Position numbers and translations under genes: made by a program. A stretch of 54,913 nt of DNA from a virus. Lineage: Duplodnaviria > Caudoviricetes. The notes under the pieces were generated by a model. The model worked only from the letters and a program-made list of their open reading frames with translations, searched no databases and had not been told where the DNA came from. Shown here piece by piece: positions 18,473 through 27,606 of the stretch. The DNA lies in the IMG/VR virus record IMGVR_UViG_3300025131_000048, positions 1 to 54,913 of that record; one strand, 5' to 3'. The stretch's first letter is position 1, and every line of letters starts with the position of its first letter.

Positions 18473-18734
18473 GCCTAAAATACGTAAAATCGATACGAAC
18501 AAAAGAAAAAAGGATGCCAAGGCAGCGCAAAGGAGTTTGGCATCGCGCACAAGCCTTCTCCTTAATATGCCAGAAGAGTGTTGTGTATGCAAGGCAGCCT
18601 TTGATAAAAAAAACAAGGAAATGGCTACCACGTGGCATGTGGTAGTATATGAAGAAAAGAAGAAAGTGCATCTCACATGCCCGATATGCTGGCAAGCAGT
18701 TGAACAATTAGCGGAGGAAATAAATGCAACTTAA
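18465..18734 (+). CDS. Small Zn-finger hypothetical protein
   Basis: CCVC...CPIC; overlaps both neighbours. Confidence 0.65.
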   Translation: MSRPKIRKIDTNKRKKDAKAAQRSLASRTSLLLNMPEECCVCKAAFDKKNKEMATTWHVVVYEEKKKVHLTCPICWQAVEQLAEEINAT

Positions 18735-19758
18735 AGAAGCCCTGTCTTATGACGATATATTGTTGATACCTCAGTATTCTGATATTGTTTCTCGATCGGA
18801 GGTAGATATAGGCACCCAGCTGGGAGAATACAATCGATTTGAACTCCCCATAGTGTCTAGCCCAATGGACACAATCACCGAAACAGAAATGGCCAAAGCT
18901 ATGAACAAGGCCGGAGGTTTAGCTATCATACACCGCTATAATACAATCGAGGCCCAGGCGACCATGGTGCGTACATCTCTCAATATGAATGGGGACCGCT
19001 GCGCTGCCGCCGTTGGAGTGACGGGGGACTACTTCGAAAGAGCCCAGGAGTTGGTGAAATCAGGAGCGAAAATTCTCTGTTTGGACATAGCGCACGGGCA
19101 CCATTCGTTGATGAGAGATGCGCTGCGCATCTTACGCCGAGAAGTAGGCCCAGACATTCACCTAATGGCGGGAAATGTAGCCACCCTAGAAGGGTTTGTT
19201 GATTTGGCGACGTGGGGAGCTAACAGCGTGCGAGTGGGGATCGGCGGAGGAAGTATTTGTTCCACCCGAACTCAGACGGGACATGGTGTTCCGACCTTAG
19301 AATCTGTTGTGGCAGCCAAAATGGGCAAGTCACAGGGTAAGTTCAGTGATGTGGCCATTATAGCAGACGGCGGCATTAAAAACTCTGGCGATATTATTAA
19401 GGCTTTGGCGTGCGGTGCCAACATGGTGATGATTGGTTCGTTGCTAGCGGGCACCGACGAGTGTCCCGGAGAGGTTATAAAAACCTCCGAAGGTAAATTT
19501 AAAACTTATCGTGGTATGGCGAGTAAGGATGCTCAAATGGCATGGCGTGGTAAAACTGCGTCCTTGGAGGGAATATCTACGGTAGTCCCATATCGGGGCC
19601 CCGTACACACTGCACTTAAAAACCTGGAGAGGGGAATAAAGAGTGGGCTTTCCTACTCTGGCGCGCGCAGCATAAAAGAACTGCAACAGAAGGTTCGTTT
19701 TATAGTTCAAACTGCATCGGGTCAGGTTGAAAGCTCGACTCATATTTTAAAAAGATGA
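18724..19758 (+). CDS. guaB: IMP dehydrogenase/GMP reductase family (no CBS domains)
   Basis: [44 protein letters not shown]. Confidence 0.88.
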   Translation: MQLKEALSYDDILLIPQYSDIVSRSEVDIGTQLGEYNRFELPIVSSPMDTITETEMAKAMNKAGGLAIIHRYNTIEAQATMVRTSLNMNGDRCAAAVGVTGDYFERAQELVKSGAKILCLDIAHGHHSLMRDALRILRREVGPDIHLMAGNVATLEGFVDLATWGANSVRVGIGGGSICSTRTQTGHGVPTLESVVAAKMGKSQGKFSDVAIIADGGIKNSGDIIKALACGANMVMIGSLLAGTDECPGEVIKTSEGKFKTYRGMASKDAQMAWRGKTASLEGISTVVPYRGPVHTALKNLERGIKSGLSYSGARSIKELQQKVRFIVQTASGQVESSTHILKR

Positions 19759-20075
19759 CAGATTTAACTAAAGTAACTTTTTTCGCGGACCCAAGGATGC
19801 ACGAGGACTTCAGAGTGCGGCTGCACTACGACGGGTTTAACACCTTAAGCGAGTTTTTTCGAGCATGCATGATTTCCTATTTAGAAAAAAATCATAAGTT
19901 TATGGAATTTATGGATCTATATAGGGCAGATACAAAGTTGCAATCAAAGGCTAATATAAAGAAGTCAATAAGATTGAGAGAGAGTGGTGCCAACCTAATG
20001 AAAAATTTGGGCATCACACAAGAAGACGTAGAAAATATATTTGATTTAATAGAAGAGGAGATGCCTGAGTTATGA
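19755..20075 (+). CDS. Hypothetical protein (possible ribbon-helix-helix N-terminus)
   Basis: Translationally coupled ORF (ATGA overlaps at both ends). Confidence 0.65.
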   Translation: MTDLTKVTFFADPRMHEDFRVRLHYDGFNTLSEFFRACMISYLEKNHKFMEFMDLYRADTKLQSKANIKKSIRLRESGANLMKNLGITQEDVENIFDLIEEEMPEL

Positions 20076-20311
20076 GAGAATGTTCTAGACGTTGTATATT
20101 AAAAGAGAGGTGCTGTTCAGAAAAGGAGTGTCGCATGTGGATAGATTTCCCAGAAGATAATAACTGCACTTTGGTGGCAGTAGATAAACATGGGGCGATG
20201 ACTTTAAAAGAAATAGCGCTACGCCACGACATCAGCATCGTAAGAGTCAAACAGATCGTAGATCAGACCTTGGCTAAAATAAAATCTGTCGTTAGTTCCG
20301 CAGGTTACTAA
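20072..20311 (+). CDS. Stand-alone sigma70 region 4-like HTH with Cys-rich N-terminus
   Basis: MTLKEIA...ISIVRVKQI...LAKIK matches the sigma4.2 TLxEIG...VSRERVRQIE pattern. Confidence 0.7.
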   Translation: MRECSRRCILKERCCSEKECRMWIDFPEDNNCTLVAVDKHGAMTLKEIALRHDISIVRVKQIVDQTLAKIKSVVSSAGY

Positions 20312-20350
20312 TTAATTGTAGCAATACTCTTTGTTTTTGGGAGATTTAAA

Positions 20351-21034
20351 ATGAGTAAAAGAGACAACACACTGCTTAGTGAAAGCCAGATTCGCAAGTT
20401 TATGAAATTGGCCGAACTGGCCCCTTTGGCAGACGGGTTTGTGGAAGGCCTAGTCGAAAAGAAAGATCCCGACTGGGGTGAGGGCAAGGACGAATATAAG
20501 CGCAAGACCGTCGCCGGCGTCAAGAAAAAGGCCGGCGATGTTAAAGGCCATTATAAAGACTACGAAGACGAAGATCTTGAAGAGTCGCACGGCCGCGGCC
20601 GCAAAGAGGGCGCTGCCGGCTATGGCCGCGAAGACCAAAACTCCCGACTAGAAGAGGCTGAAGCGGACCCAGAAGCACTGGAAGATTATGCCCTTGGCGA
20701 TGAAGAGCGCGGGGAGGACGAAGAGGCTGCCGACGACGAGCTTGAGGCTGCCGAGGAAGAGTTCCCTGTTGAAGATGAACTAGGTCCCGATCGTAGTGTG
20801 AGTGTGGACGACTTCCTTGCCGCCCTAGAGACCGCCCTAGAAGATGTTTTGGGTGATGAAGTTGAGGTCGAGCAGGAAGAGGGGGAAGAGGTTGAACTCG
20901 CCCCCGAAGAAGAAGAAGAAGTGGAACTAGCCGACGTCGAAGTAGAAGACGAGCTAGAACTTCAAGAAATGGTAAATCTTATTACGAAGCGTGTTGCTAA
21001 AAGAATTGTAAAAGAGGCTCTAAATAAAAAGTAA
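20351..21034 (+). CDS. Highly acidic protein, probable prohead core/scaffold
   Basis: LLSESQIRKFMKLA leader, many L-x-E sites, E/D-rich; ACTAATTA at 20307. Confidence 0.6.
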   Translation: MSKRDNTLLSESQIRKFMKLAELAPLADGFVEGLVEKKDPDWGEGKDEYKRKTVAGVKKKAGDVKGHYKDYEDEDLEESHGRGRKEGAAGYGREDQNSRLEEAEADPEALEDYALGDEERGEDEEAADDELEAAEEEFPVEDELGPDRSVSVDDFLAALETALEDVLGDEVEVEQEEGEEVELAPEEEEEVELADVEVEDELELQEMVNLITKRVAKRIVKEALNKK

Positions 21035-21042
21035 AAGTTTGG

Positions 21043-21071
21043 TTGACAAACCAAGCGGTGGTTGTTATAAT
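21043..21071 (+). promoter_or_regulatory. Consensus sigma70 promoter
   Basis: TTGACA-N17-TATAAT. Confidence 0.8.
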
Positions 21072-21107
21072 AAAGGCTGTGGGGTAACTCACAGCCTTTG
21101 TTGCTTT
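21072..21107 (+). terminator. Terminator-like hairpin directly after the -10 box
   Basis: AAAGGCTGTGGG-GTAA-CTCACAGCCTTT (GNRA loop) followed by a T-rich tail. Confidence 0.65.
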
Positions 21108-21117
21108 GGGGATTAAC

Positions 21118-21525
21118 ATGGAACCTACAACCATTCAGCTGGCAATTTTAGTATGCGTGTATTTTTTGGGCGTTTTCTCGTGCAGATTTTTTACACAGTT
21201 TTTCGAAGTATCTCATGCTGCACGTATTGTAGAAAAGACAATTTACAGATGCTTATTAATTTGTTCTAAAATCCACGAAGATGTTGTTTTCCTTAAGGAA
21301 ATCAAACGTAAGCACCTGCGCGACTCCGGCTACGATGAGAAAAAAATTCGCCAGTTTATGGAAGTAGATGATAAAATTACCGACGGCTGGAAAGAATCTA
21401 TTATCCAAAATATTTTAATTAATTCACCTCGCGTCTTCTCTTTTGTTACTAAGTTTACTAATTGGAGAGAGGCGATGCGTCAGCTTGACGAGATGCATGG
21501 CATACATCGAGGAGACAAAGAATGA
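21118..21525 (+). CDS. Hypothetical protein with N-terminal TM helix
   Basis: LAILVCVYFLGVFSC. Confidence 0.7.
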   Translation: MEPTTIQLAILVCVYFLGVFSCRFFTQFFEVSHAARIVEKTIYRCLLICSKIHEDVVFLKEIKRKHLRDSGYDEKKIRQFMEVDDKITDGWKESIIQNILINSPRVFSFVTKFTNWREAMRQLDEMHGIHRGDKE

Positions 21526-21842
21526 AGGCACACGCGTGGAAAGTGGACGCGCGCTTGAGCGAAAGCGAACAACATAAGTACTATATCCAGATAAATGACA
21601 TTCCGGGAAAAAGGTCTTTTAACCGACTCCTTAAAGAAATGACTATCGAGTGGGACATTTACGGCGACGGCTTTGACAAACATAAGGAAAGTTTTATGAT
21701 GTTGGGAGCCCGCGAGTTTGACTCTCCCGAAAAATGGATAGAATGGGCTAGAAATTTCCCTTACGATCTGGTAGAATATAACAGAAGCGGAAGCCCGAAG
21801 CCCATAAAGCTTGGGTCCAACTACCGCAGAAAGGCACATTAA
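21522..21842 (+). CDS. Hypothetical protein
   Basis: GAGGAG SD; coupled ORF. Confidence 0.7.
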   Translation: MKAHAWKVDARLSESEQHKYYIQINDIPGKRSFNRLLKEMTIEWDIYGDGFDKHKESFMMLGAREFDSPEKWIEWARNFPYDLVEYNRSGSPKPIKLGSNYRRKAH

Positions 21843-22444
21843 TGCAAGAGGAAGAAAATTCCGAACAGAACTCAGACATAGTTTTTGAAGAAGCGCCAGA
21901 GGCTCCCCCCAGAATTGTAGGGATCTATGGTGAAATAGCTGACGAGAGTGTTAGTGAATTTATAGGCTCTCTGTTGGGCTATTATCATGACCGACAATCG
22001 CCGCCCGACTCCGAGGGGAACTGTGTTGCTCTCCCTGTCGAGTTTATTATTTCAACGGGGGGAGGTAACGTGGCGGATATGTTCTCAGCCTACGACGTAA
22101 TGCGAATGGTTAGAGAAGAGTGCCCCATTCATACCCTAGGGGTCGGAAAGGTAATGTCGGCCGGCGTTCTATTATTGGCAGCCGGAACGAAAGGCAAAAG
22201 ACGTATAGGAAAGTACTGTCGCATTATGCTACATCATGTACTAGGCGCGGAGCAGGGGAGCGTCGTCGACATTGGTCAATCCTACGAGGAAGCCAAAGTT
22301 ATGGAACACAATATGTTTGAAGCAATTGCCCAGGAGAGCAATCTGACATTAGAGGAGCTACAGGAGATTGTTTCCAAGAACACGGACGTTTTCTTTAGTG
22401 CAGAAGAAGCAGTAGAAATGGGTATTGCGGATATAATTGTCTAA
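21842..22444 (+). CDS. clpP: ClpP-type serine protease (S14)
   Basis: ISTGGG, MSAG (Ser), MLHH (His), DVFFSAEEAVEMGIAD (Asp). Confidence 0.9.
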   Translation: MQEEENSEQNSDIVFEEAPEAPPRIVGIYGEIADESVSEFIGSLLGYYHDRQSPPDSEGNCVALPVEFIISTGGGNVADMFSAYDVMRMVREECPIHTLGVGKVMSAGVLLLAAGTKGKRRIGKYCRIMLHHVLGAEQGSVVDIGQSYEEAKVMEHNMFEAIAQESNLTLEELQEIVSKNTDVFFSAEEAVEMGIADIIV

Positions 22445-22463
22445 TTATAGTAGGAGCTTTAAC

Positions 22464-24344
22464 ATGTCATCAGATTTTGATTTATTGGTCGAGGACCACT
22501 TTAAAAAGAAAGACCTTCTAGGGTTTGATCAGCTTGCGGGTCTTATAGAGGAGGTTATCAATACGATGGGTGAGGCGGGCCTTCCGATGGTGGAGAACCA
22601 GGACCCAGGCCTCCTCACAGAAGGAATAAAAGATTTTTCTGCTGCTAAGTTCTTTGACACCATCTATACTCCCAATATTACCGAAGAGATTGGCGAGATA
22701 AAAGATAAAAATAAAACACGCCAGGCGTTTATACGCTCCATGAGCGGCGTCGGAGGGGGGTCTCTCCGGGAGAAGCTTAATAATGTAAAGCGCTTTATGA
22801 CGAAATATGATGAGTCGCGCTCGGTCGATGAGATTTTATCTTTCGTAACTTTCCTTAAATGTATGTCAGAGGTTTTTAAAGGCTATTCTCCGTCCGGAAG
22901 CGGGTTCCTTTTGGAAGCTTTTCTTGCGGGCCTCATGAAAGGAAGGCAGATTGTAGAGAACAGTGATGAGACGGGGGGCACCCTTCCCATTGTTGACTAC
23001 GAAGGTGGTGCTGGTGATCCCGTCTCACTTAAAAGACTCACCGGCGGAAAAGGTAAAACCCCCATCAAGGGATCTCTTAAAAATCTTGCAAATCATATAT
23101 CTAAGTTTCCCGATCGTGGGATAGACTATGTGCTTGCTGCGGTACACGCGGATGCAGCACAAGTGGGCTTTTATGAGTTCAATATCAACATTGAAAATTT
23201 TATTTATTGGGTGGGCAAGTTTATTGTTATCGATCCGGTCGAGTATCAGCATGCCCTGTCAGATCAGCCCGAGGACGCGGACGAGGAAGCGAGCGGGGAG
23301 GAGCCTAAGAAGCGCAAAAAGCGCCTCGGAAAGTATAAGCCGGGCCCCGAAGAGCGCGAGGATGAAGCCGCCGCGGCTACCCGGTTCAGAAAGGAAGTAC
23401 TAAAGATCCAGCCTGCGATAGGCATCCCCAAGGGTGACCTTGGCGATCAAACAATGGCAGACGGAAAGAAGGCACCAAGTTTTGTGTCCAGCAACCAATC
23501 CATCAAAAACGCTTGGGCCTCCTCACAAGCCGGGATCGTGCCGGCAGCTGAATACCTTCTGAGCCAACACGAGCTTCTCAAAAGCATGTACAAACATGCC
23601 ACGGACCTCAAAATCAATAATGGCCCAGAGTGGACGGCCGAATGGCTCGAACTCGACCCCGCGGGAGGCTACACAGGCCAACTAAAGATTGGACAGCCCC
23701 AGATTGACACAGCCTTGGGAGTTTTAGCACAAGGCGCACCGGACGACAGAGAATATGCGTTCGCATCCAAGATTCTTAACAATGCTTTCAGGAATGCTGT
23801 CCCTCAGTTGTCGCGCATCTCGGGTCGTTTTAGCACCGGTGGTTTTGTATATACGAGAACTCCTAGCGAGAAAGCCCAAAAATCGGCGGCTGAAAAGCTG
23901 GCCACAGTCCAGGCGGGAACTCTGGCTGGTCTAGACGACGCTGAGCAACAAAACTTTGTTGCGTGGGCGAAAGCCAATCCCAAAGACTTTTACACGCTAG
24001 TCCTAAGCTCCGCAAAAGGTCTTGACGAGAAGTCTCAGTTCACCATACCCCAGGAGAAGGTCACCTTTGGGGAAACTTCATATTTTATTGAAGAGATCGC
24101 ACTAGATAAGCGCTCTATTTATAAGGCGATTAATCTATATAACAAAGACATCAAGGCGCGCCTAATGCCGGTTTTTGTAAGTGTCGACAATCTGATGGCC
24201 CAGCTACAGTTGCTGTACACTCAGAACGACCTTGGAGCGGGCCAAGACGCCTCTGATGAGTGCATAGAACTTAGAGACAATGTAGACGCGGAAGTAACTA
24301 CGCGCAAAGAGGCAGAAGTCCTCCCTCAAGCAGCAGAAGAATAA
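22464..24344 (+). CDS. Large hypothetical protein with L-x-E leader and possible PD-(D/E)xK nuclease-like domain
   Basis: CTAATTATAGT-AGGAG upstream; LLVE/LLTE; GFLLEAFLAGL...PIVDY...VSLK. Confidence 0.65.
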   Translation: MSSDFDLLVEDHFKKKDLLGFDQLAGLIEEVINTMGEAGLPMVENQDPGLLTEGIKDFSAAKFFDTIYTPNITEEIGEIKDKNKTRQAFIRSMSGVGGGSLREKLNNVKRFMTKYDESRSVDEILSFVTFLKCMSEVFKGYSPSGSGFLLEAFLAGLMKGRQIVENSDETGGTLPIVDYEGGAGDPVSLKRLTGGKGKTPIKGSLKNLANHISKFPDRGIDYVLAAVHADAAQVGFYEFNINIENFIYWVGKFIVIDPVEYQHALSDQPEDADEEASGEEPKKRKKRLGKYKPGPEEREDEAAAATRFRKEVLKIQPAIGIPKGDLGDQTMADGKKAPSFVSSNQSIKNAWASSQAGIVPAAEYLLSQHELLKSMYKHATDLKINNGPEWTAEWLELDPAGGYTGQLKIGQPQIDTALGVLAQGAPDDREYAFASKILNNAFRNAVPQLSRISGRFSTGGFVYTRTPSEKAQKSAAEKLATVQAGTLAGLDDAEQQNFVAWAKANPKDFYTLVLSSAKGLDEKSQFTIPQEKVTFGETSYFIEEIALDKRSIYKAINLYNKDIKARLMPVFVSVDNLMAQLQLLYTQNDLGAGQDASDECIELRDNVDAEVTTRKEAEVLPQAAEE

Positions 24345-24350
24345 AATAGT

Positions 24351-24378
24351 TTGACATTAGACAATTTTGTGTTATAAT
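24351..24378 (+). promoter_or_regulatory. sigma70 promoter for groEL
   Basis: TTGACA-N16-TATAAT. Confidence 0.7.
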
Positions 24379-24402
24379 GTGTATAGTGAAAGAGAGGTAT
24401 GA

Positions 24403-25974
24403 ATGCCTACATGCAAATTTGAGAATCGACGCGTTCTCACTGATAAACTTTTAAACGGAGTAAACAAACTAGCAGACAACGTTGCAACAACGTTGGGCCC
24501 AAAAGGTAGAAATGTAATATTACAAGAAAAGGGTAAGGAACCCTTCGTTACCAAAGATGGGGTGACGGTAGCAACCTTTGTGCATCTAGAAGATGAATTC
24601 GAAAATGCGGCCGCACAAATTCTTAAGCAGGCCGCTTCCCAGACAAATATAGATGCCGGCGACGGCACGAGCACCGCAACGGTTTTAGCGCGAGAAATAT
24701 TTGTGCAAGCACAAAAATATTTATCAGCGGGAATTTCCCCAATCGAACTAAAACGCGGGATCGACAAGACCGTAGAACAGATTGTAGAAAACTTAGATAA
24801 GATTGCTCAGCCGGTTACGAGTCTTGACGACATTGAAAATATTGCCACCATTTCGGCCAACAACGATCCAGTTATAGGAAAGCTCATAGCGACCGCTATT
24901 GATAAAGCCGGCGCCGATGGAGCAATAACCATTGAGGAGGCTCGCTCTTTAGAAACCTCACTAGATATGTTAGAGGGATTCCGGATGCCGTCTGGCTACG
25001 CGGCCGGGGCATTTGTCACCGACGAACGCCGCGGCGCTGTCAAGTATGAAGCACCATTGCTGTTAGTAACTGACGCCAGGATTGATTCAGTGGAGCAGAT
25101 TCTTCCCATTCTGGAAATCGTAGCACGGGATGGGCGCCCATTGGTAATTATTGCCGAAGAGATAGAAGGGCAAGCGTTAGCAGCCCTAATTATGAACACG
25201 GTGCGAGGGACGATGAAGATTGCAGCCGTGAAAGCTCCCTTTTATGGAGAAGCCAGAAAGAGTATTTTAGAAGATCTGGCTGTTTCTACTGGTGCTGCAT
25301 TTATATCAAGAGAATCAGTCACCCCTCTCAGAGAAGCTACATTGGTAGACTTTGGACAATGTAAGTCGATTGACATAACAAATGCTCTTACTACTATCGT
25401 GGGCGGCAAAGGAGATTTTGAAGCAATCGATAAACGGATTGAGTTCCTTAAACAACAGGTTTCTAACACCGAGAGTATAAGTGAATGTGAAGTGATTCAA
25501 CGAAGAATTAGCCGGCTGGCCAGCGGGATCGCCGTCATTCGAGTAGGCGGCGCAACCGAGGTGGAAATGACCGAAAAGAAACATCGTGTAGAGGACGCCC
25601 TGGAGGCTGTTAAGGCCGCCCAAGAGGGGGGAATAGTGCCGGGAGGCGGAGTTGCGCTTGTTCGGGCACTAGAGGGCCTCGTCGTAGACAATTTAGAAGA
25701 TAACGAGGCCCTGGGGGCCGAAATAGTGAAAAAAGCTGCGGGAGCGCCCTTGCGACAGATGACAACCAATGCGGGAGAATCTGCCGATATAGTACAAAAT
25801 AGGGTTGAACGCGCCGACCTTCACGATGGATATGATTTCAGAAGTGGGGAGATGGTAGATATGTATGCAGCTGGAATTATTGATCCCCTCAAGGTGACCA
25901 AGAGCGCGCTCCAAAATGCTGCCTCTGCGGCCGGCACTTTAATCACCACTTCTCATGGAATTATAGAAATTTAA
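24403..25974 (+). CDS. groEL: Chaperonin GroEL (no GGM tail)
   Basis: TLGPKGRNV, TKDGVTVA, AGDGTSTAT, GGATEVE, GIVPGGG. Confidence 0.97.
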   Translation: MPTCKFENRRVLTDKLLNGVNKLADNVATTLGPKGRNVILQEKGKEPFVTKDGVTVATFVHLEDEFENAAAQILKQAASQTNIDAGDGTSTATVLAREIFVQAQKYLSAGISPIELKRGIDKTVEQIVENLDKIAQPVTSLDDIENIATISANNDPVIGKLIATAIDKAGADGAITIEEARSLETSLDMLEGFRMPSGYAAGAFVTDERRGAVKYEAPLLLVTDARIDSVEQILPILEIVARDGRPLVIIAEEIEGQALAALIMNTVRGTMKIAAVKAPFYGEARKSILEDLAVSTGAAFISRESVTPLREATLVDFGQCKSIDITNALTTIVGGKGDFEAIDKRIEFLKQQVSNTESISECEVIQRRISRLASGIAVIRVGGATEVEMTEKKHRVEDALEAVKAAQEGGIVPGGGVALVRALEGLVVDNLEDNEALGAEIVKKAAGAPLRQMTTNAGESADIVQNRVERADLHDGYDFRSGEMVDMYAAGIIDPLKVTKSALQNAASAAGTLITTSHGIIEI

Positions 25975-26018
25975 TACTAGTTAAAGAAGAATTCTCAGTA
26001 TCATGGAGTACCCCAGGA

Positions 26019-26303
26019 ATGCCCGAGCCCGAAGTCGCAGGACAAATAGCAATTGCAATAAACGAACTCGCCAACAAAATTCAAATTCTTTTGGAAAAGC
26101 AAGAAGAGTTGGCAGAGAACGTGAGTCAAATCAAGGAAGCGGTTTACAATCCCGACAAGGGTCTGTACGCTCGCTTAAAAGAACTAGATATGCGTCTAAT
26201 CTCTCTCGAAGCTTGGAAAGGAAGCAACACCAAATTTCTTTGGTTAGTTGTCACCATTTTAGTAGGACTTACAGCCACCGGCATATGGCAAGTTGTTTTT
26301 TAG
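26019..26303 (+). CDS. Coiled-coil protein with C-terminal TM (XhlA/holin-like architecture)
   Basis: Heptad pattern, then FLWLVVTILVGLTATGIW; ACTAGTTA at 25976. Confidence 0.6.
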   Translation: MPEPEVAGQIAIAINELANKIQILLEKQEELAENVSQIKEAVYNPDKGLYARLKELDMRLISLEAWKGSNTKFLWLVVTILVGLTATGIWQVVF

Positions 26304-26349
26304 CTTTAAACTTTCTCAAAAAAGATTATAATAGAGAAAAGGGAAATGA

Positions 26350-26688
26350 ATGAGAGTAAAACTCAGTTATACGGCCGACGTCGAAGAAATTTATTCAGAA
26401 GCGACGTTACTGTTGGGGAGCTTGAAAGAAACCATCCAAGGAGTGGTGAATAATTACAACAACGTCCTCCAGGAACTTCAAGGTACCCAACCAAATCTAC
26501 TAAAAATTCAGAAAAACATTTCTGAGACGCGCCAACTTTTAGAAAAAGTAGACAGGCGTTCAGGCGAAGTGGGCGATATATTATCCGGCTATCAGGAATA
26601 CGCACTTAGGGATCGAGAAGACCTCTTCTCGGAAGAGGATTTCTCCGAAACCAAGCCTTTGGGCGACGAAGGAGAAAAAGATGATTAA
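26350..26688 (+). CDS. Hypothetical coiled-coil protein
   Basis: ORF in operon-like spacing. Confidence 0.65.
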   Translation: MRVKLSYTADVEEIYSEATLLLGSLKETIQGVVNNYNNVLQELQGTQPNLLKIQKNISETRQLLEKVDRRSGEVGDILSGYQEYALRDREDLFSEEDFSETKPLGDEGEKDD

Positions 26689-26989
26689 GCTTGTTGAAGT
26701 TAAAAATACCCGAGAGTTTAATGCCATGGAGAGAAAAGCTATAGCCCATTTTCAGCTAGATGAAATTTGGATCAACCCTGATTCTATTTTGCAAATAAAA
26801 CCCGATGAGACAATGAAAAATAATCTCTCTAAGGGATATTTGCCCGGCAATTTGGATGCGCGTCAGGAGTTCTCGCGCATACTTTTTGGTAGCGGCAACA
26901 ATGTGTCGACGGTGACCGTGGTGGGAAAGCCAGAAGCGGTAGTAGAAAAAATTTATAAAGGGCTCGGTAAGGAAATCTTAACAGGATGA
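26681..26989 (+). CDS. FlbD-like hypothetical protein
   Basis: MIKL...IWINPDSILQI...VVGKPEAVVEKI. Confidence 0.5.
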   Translation: MIKLVEVKNTREFNAMERKAIAHFQLDEIWINPDSILQIKPDETMKNNLSKGYLPGNLDARQEFSRILFGSGNNVSTVTVVGKPEAVVEKIYKGLGKEILTG

Positions 26990-27408
26990 TAGAAGAAACT
27001 GAAATTAAATTGGCAGCGTTGTTGCGAGTAGACGAGGACATTCCTTATATTGAAAAGCCATGGGGTTATGAAAGAATATTTGCCCAGACGGACAAATACG
27101 TAGGTAAGTTTTTATTTATCGCCGGAGGACACAGACTGTCGCGCCAGTATCATGAAGAAAAAGATGAAACAATCACCGTGTTGAGCGGACCCCTTACTCT
27201 GGAAGTCGGCCCCATAGGGGATGATCAAACCATCACAAGTATAACTCTTTTAGTGGGAGAAGCGTTTCATATAGCCCCGGGCCTAATTCATCGCTTTTGC
27301 GCCCCCGAGGGTGTAGACGTAGAGTTGATAGAAGTGAGCACCCCCCAACTGGATGATATAATTCGCCTAGAAGATGATTACAAGCGGATCCCCGACATTA
27401 CCGCTTAG
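26986..27408 (+). CDS. Cupin, mannose-6-phosphate isomerase type II-like
   Basis: EKPWG, LSRQYH..KDET, HRF, IEVST...DDIIRLEDDY. Confidence 0.8.
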   Translation: MIEETEIKLAALLRVDEDIPYIEKPWGYERIFAQTDKYVGKFLFIAGGHRLSRQYHEEKDETITVLSGPLTLEVGPIGDDQTITSITLLVGEAFHIAPGLIHRFCAPEGVDVELIEVSTPQLDDIIRLEDDYKRIPDITA

Positions 27409-27443
27409 ACCACTTTTTTAAAATATTTATAGTTAAAATCCGT

Positions 27444-27584
27444 TAAAGACAGTTAGCCTCATAGTTACTAGTAGGGACCGTGTGTGCAGCTGCATATGCG
27501 AACCCACTTAAGTATGAAAGGGCTCGGAGGTTGATAGCTGTCGTTATATCCCGTTGAAGCTAATGGTGACTAGAAAGTGAGCTA
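27444..27584 (+). ncRNA. Candidate structured RNA/leader
   Basis: Nested stems with several G-U pairs, downstream of a TATTTATAGT motif (see findings). Confidence 0.4.
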
Positions 27585-27606
27585 AAATAAAGGGGAGGCG
27601 CGAAAA

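Noticed and set aside
27444-27584. SRP RNA, RNase P, tmRNA, hammerhead or a known riboswitch
   Set aside because: The diagnostic cores (SRP GGAA loop with CAGG/AGCA, GAGGAAAGUCC, CUGANGA, tRNA-like ends) are not seen; kept only as an unknown structure.
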